DNA from: a virus
Length of the DNA: 8,909 nucleotides
Strand: one strand, 5' to 3'
UHGV virus genome: UHGV-2009704
Shown: positions 6,473-8,909 of the stretch, in pieces
Layout of the letters: every line of letters starts with the position of its first letter
How positions within the stretch are numbered: position 1 is the stretch's first letter
Made by a program: the position numbers and the translations under genes
The notes under the pieces: generated by a model
The model's input: the letters and a program-made list of their open reading frames with translations, nothing else
Database searches by the model: none
What the model was told of the DNA's origin: nothing

Positions 6473-7738
6473 ATGCGCTCTGTTATTGTTGCTTTTTTAT
6501 TTGCCTGTTCATTCTGCGTTTCTGCTGAAACTGTTAATTTAAACAATTCATCTGTTCGCTCATTTGTTCAGTGGTATTCTTCAAAAACTGGCAAGCCTGT
6601 TATTGTTAATCCTGATATTAAAGGAAACGTAACCGTATTTAATGCTGATGTTAATCCAACAAATATTGATGATTTCTTTAAGTCTGTTCTGAATGCTAAC
6701 GGTTTTGTCATGCTTTCTGGCAATCCTGCGGTAGTCTCTTTGCCGTCTAAATTACCTTCACAGATGGTTTCGGATTCCGATGATTCTGATAACCAGTCTT
6801 ATGATACTTTTCCTTCTGAGCCATCTTACCAGCCAGTACCTGTGGCGCTTACGGTCAGAAATTTTAAGCTGACAAAAGTTAGATCGTCCGATGTTCAGCA
6901 ACTGATTAAAATTTATCTTGATTCTAATGGTGGTGGTAATGTCGTGGATTATCCAGGCAATAACTCGCTGATTGTTTCTGCGCCTGACGAGCTGCTGCCG
7001 GTTCTGTCCGATTTTATCAATTCTGTGGATGTTGCCCGCGATCAGGTTCTCATTCAGTCGCTGATGTTTGAAACCAGCTTGTCTGATGGCGTTGATTTAT
7101 CGTTTGCGGCAGGTTCTGCATCCGGTCATAAGGTTGCGGGGGGCTTTAATACTTCTGCACTGGGTAGCGCTCTTTCTACGGCGGGCGGTTCTTTTGGTAT
7201 TTTTGATGGTAACGTGTTGGCGCTGTCTCTGCGTGCTGTCCAGAGTAATTCACGCTCTAAGGTGATTTCAACGCCGCGTATTCTTACTCAGTCTGGTCAG
7301 ACTGGTTACATTTCCGTAGGTAAGAATGTGCCGTTTATCACCGGAAAGGTAACGGGCGAATCTGCCGGGGTAAATAATCCGTTTCAGACTATCGAGCGTC
7401 ATGATGTTGGCGTTTCTCTCAAGGTAACGCCTGTTGTCATGGGTAACGGGCAACTAGTTCTGACTATCGACACTCGCGCTGATTCAATCAGCAATGATGA
7501 TCAGGCATCCGATATTATTACTAATCAGCGCCAGATTCAGACGACAGTCCAGATTAAGGATGGTCAGACGTTGTTATTGGGGGGGCTTATCGATTCATCG
7601 TTTAGCAATGCTGAGCGTTCAGTTCCAGTTATAAGTAAAATTCCTCTTATAGGCTGGATTTTCAGTAGCAAGGCAGACAGCAATGAACAGCGTATTATGT
7701 ATATTTTGCTTACAGCACATATCATTCGTCCACTTTGA
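6473..7738 (+). CDS. gIV: Outer-membrane secretin pIV (421 aa)
   Basis: Signal peptide MRSVIVAFLFACSFCVSA and strong recalled similarity to M13 pIV (SFAAGS, GGSFGIF, PRILT, VPFITGKVTGESAGVNNPFQTIER, GQTLLLGGL, SKIPLIG). RBS is AGGAG. Confidence 0.9.
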   Translation: MRSVIVAFLFACSFCVSAETVNLNNSSVRSFVQWYSSKTGKPVIVNPDIKGNVTVFNADVNPTNIDDFFKSVLNANGFVMLSGNPAVVSLPSKLPSQMVSDSDDSDNQSYDTFPSEPSYQPVPVALTVRNFKLTKVRSSDVQQLIKIYLDSNGGGNVVDYPGNNSLIVSAPDELLPVLSDFINSVDVARDQVLIQSLMFETSLSDGVDLSFAAGSASGHKVAGGFNTSALGSALSTAGGSFGIFDGNVLALSLRAVQSNSRSKVISTPRILTQSGQTGYISVGKNVPFITGKVTGESAGVNNPFQTIERHDVGVSLKVTPVVMGNGQLVLTIDTRADSISNDDQASDIITNQRQIQTTVQIKDGQTLLLGGLIDSSFSNAERSVPVISKIPLIGWIFSSKADSNEQRIMYILLTAHIIRPL

Positions 7739-7779
7739 TGGATAGCGGGTAGGTGCGTGAGCCCTGCTCGCTATCCATC
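7737..7779. other. Imperfect hairpin immediately after gIV (candidate packaging signal or ssDNA structural element)
   Basis: GATGGATAGCG (7737-7747) pairs with CGCTATCCATC (7769-7779), with further imperfect pairing inward and a 9-nt loop. No T-tract follows, so it is not a canonical intrinsic terminator. Confidence 0.5.
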
Positions 7780-7807
7780 AAATGGACATTATTGATTGGG
7801 GTAACTA

Positions 7808-8116
7808 ATGGATTCTTATGGGATTTTATCTGCTCTGGCAGAACGAACGATTACAGCGGAAGAAGCAAAAACAATGACACTTGCAGCCAGAAGTTCTTCG
7901 GCTCAGGTAAATGAAGCATCACTTGCTCTGTTACTGATTGATAATACTCTGGATGCGATCAAAGCAGCTGCCAGTGAAGGGAAAGGATACACTTTACTTC
8001 CTTCTTATGAGATTTCTTTAAAAGCCATTGATTTAGCAGAAGAATTTTTAAGGAAACAATGCGGCTATGTTATTGATAACCAGAATGGCGTAAGGACGGT
8101 CTATTGGTTTATATGA
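7808..8116 (+). CDS. Hypothetical protein (102 aa), accessory ORF downstream of gIV
   Basis: ORF from the six-frame track with a possible weak RBS (GGGGT). It has no transmembrane segment and I recognise no homolog. It lies inside the prophage between gIV and attR. Confidence 0.5.
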   Translation: MDSYGILSALAERTITAEEAKTMTLAARSSSAQVNEASLALLLIDNTLDAIKAAASEGKGYTLLPSYEISLKAIDLAEEFLRKQCGYVIDNQNGVRTVYWFI

Positions 8117-8117
8117 T

Positions 8118-8162
8118 AACCCCGGACAGTGACAAAACTTGCTTTTGTTAGTGTCCGGGGTT
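8118..8162. other. Long imperfect hairpin (about 20-bp stem) between the two distal accessory ORFs; candidate origin or packaging-signal structure
   Basis: AACCCCGGACAGTGACAAAA (8118-8137) pairs with TTTTGTTAGTGTCCGGGGTT (8143-8162), with one mismatch and one G-T pair, and a 5-nt loop. It starts 2 nt after the stop of the 7808-8116 ORF. A T-run follows at about 8183-8190. Confidence 0.55.
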
Positions 8163-8233
8163 GGCCAAGCCGAACAATTCTGTTTTTTTAGCGTTATTGC
8201 TGATTCGGCGCGGCAGCATTACGAGGAGATAAA

Positions 8234-8467
8234 ATGCAATTTTTCACATCCAGCGATACTGTAATGTTATGTGCGAAGACCTGCGATCGCTGTGGTCGCC
8301 ATGCGAAGACGGTGGTAGATGACATTGAGTTCAATGAGTTTCTGTCTGTTAATCACTTAGCTGGATACGGTTCAATTTTTGGTGACAGTAATCGCTTAAA
8401 ACTGGATTTATGCCAACATTGCCTGAAAGACGTCCTGGGCCAGTGGATTACGGTCTGTGACCAATGA
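8234..8467 (+). CDS. Hypothetical small protein (77 aa) with two CxxC pairs (possible zinc ribbon)
   Basis: Strong RBS GAGGAG 5 nt upstream of the ATG. Cys pairs are CDRC (residues 17-20) and CQHC (60-63). It ends 38 nt before the dif site. Confidence 0.6.
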   Translation: MQFFTSSDTVMLCAKTCDRCGRHAKTVVDDIEFNEFLSVNHLAGYGSIFGDSNRLKLDLCQHCLKDVLGQWITVCDQ

Positions 8468-8505
8468 CGGCACCGGTAACGCCAGTTCCCACCATCCTTA
8501 CCATT

Positions 8506-8533
8506 GGTGCGCATAATGTATATTATGTTAAAT
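8506..8533. other. attR: canonical 28-bp dif site (XerC arm GGTGCGCATAA, central TGTATA, XerD arm TTATGTTAAAT)
   Basis: Exact match to the enterobacterial dif core sequence as I recall it. It is a direct repeat of the left dif-like site. Confidence 0.85.
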
Positions 8534-8909
8534 ATGGTGGGTTTGTTCTTAAGTTCATGTGTTCCGCTCTTTCAGTAGCTTAACTGATGAATCAGTCAGC
8601 AGCTTTTGCCGTGCAAGCTACGCGGCGGTTCGTACCAGATTGGCCACCTCCATCTCCTGGTTCGCTTTCCCCTCCCCCCGGTAAACCTCACCCAACGTTA
8701 ATTAATGATGTCAGTATGTGGGCGCTATCCTTGTATGTAAAATCCACTGACGATTACGCCCATCTGTGAAAAAAAACTCACAATGCCATTCGATGCATCT
8801 CCATACCGAACGAGGCGTTATCGTCTTTATCGCCCCGTAGTGGATATCAGAAAATCAATCAGGGCCTTCACTCTTTTCGTTTTACCCGCGTTTTTGGGGT
8901 AATAGAGAT

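Larger units (their letters stand above)
189..8533. mobile_element. Integrated Ff/IKe-like filamentous prophage (Inoviridae), Xer-dependent integration at dif (IMEX-type)
   Basis: Complete Ff-like gene order gII-gX-gV-gVII-gIX-gVIII-gIII-gVI-gI-gXI-gIV lies between two direct dif-like repeats that share the 17-bp TTGGTGCGCATAATGTA (187-203 and 8504-8520). Flanks 1-188 and 8534-8909 are presumed host DNA. Confidence 0.85.

Noticed and set aside
7068-7453. ORFs 7068-7265 (+) and 7268-7453 (-) inside gIV
   Set aside because: They overlap the secretin coding region in other frames or antisense. Arg-rich, low-complexity translations.
7737-7779. Hairpin after gIV as a rho-independent terminator
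   Set aside because: The stem is strong but no T-tract follows (AAATGGACATT), so it is called a structural element or packaging-signal candidate instead.
8587-8769. 60-aa Pro-rich ORF in the right host flank
   Set aside because: Low-complexity translation (PPPSPGSLSPPPGKP), no RBS, lies outside the prophage. Likely non-coding.
8827-8909. Minus-strand open frame running in from the right window edge to a stop at 8827-8829 (possible 3' end of a host gene)
   Set aside because: Only about 26 codons are visible. It cannot be supported from the window alone.

Overview
This window holds an almost complete Ff/IKe-like filamentous prophage (Inoviridae) of about 8.3 kb, integrated at a chromosomal dif site of an enterobacterial host. 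It is bounded by two direct dif-like repeats: a degenerate attL at 189-221 (XerC arm, 11-nt central region, XerD-like arm) and a perfect 28-bp dif at 8506-8533. The core has the canonical Ff gene order on the + strand: gII (with nested gX), gV, gVII, gIX, gVIII, a rho-independent terminator, gIII, gVI, gI (with nested gXI), and gIV. Two parts are not explained by the Ff core. The first is an AT-rich four-gene operon on the minus strand (286-1705), transcribed divergently from gII; it encodes a small putative DNA-binding protein, two small proteins with homologous C-terminal tails, and a 234-aa protein with a C-terminal transmembrane region, and ends in a strong terminator. The second is a pair of unknown ORFs between gIV and attR (7808-8116 and 8234-8467, the latter with two CxxC pairs), separated by a long hairpin. 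These two accessory modules are the best candidates for an undescribed phage-borne system. All calls rest on reading the sequence and on recalled similarity to Ff/IKe proteins; no database search was run.
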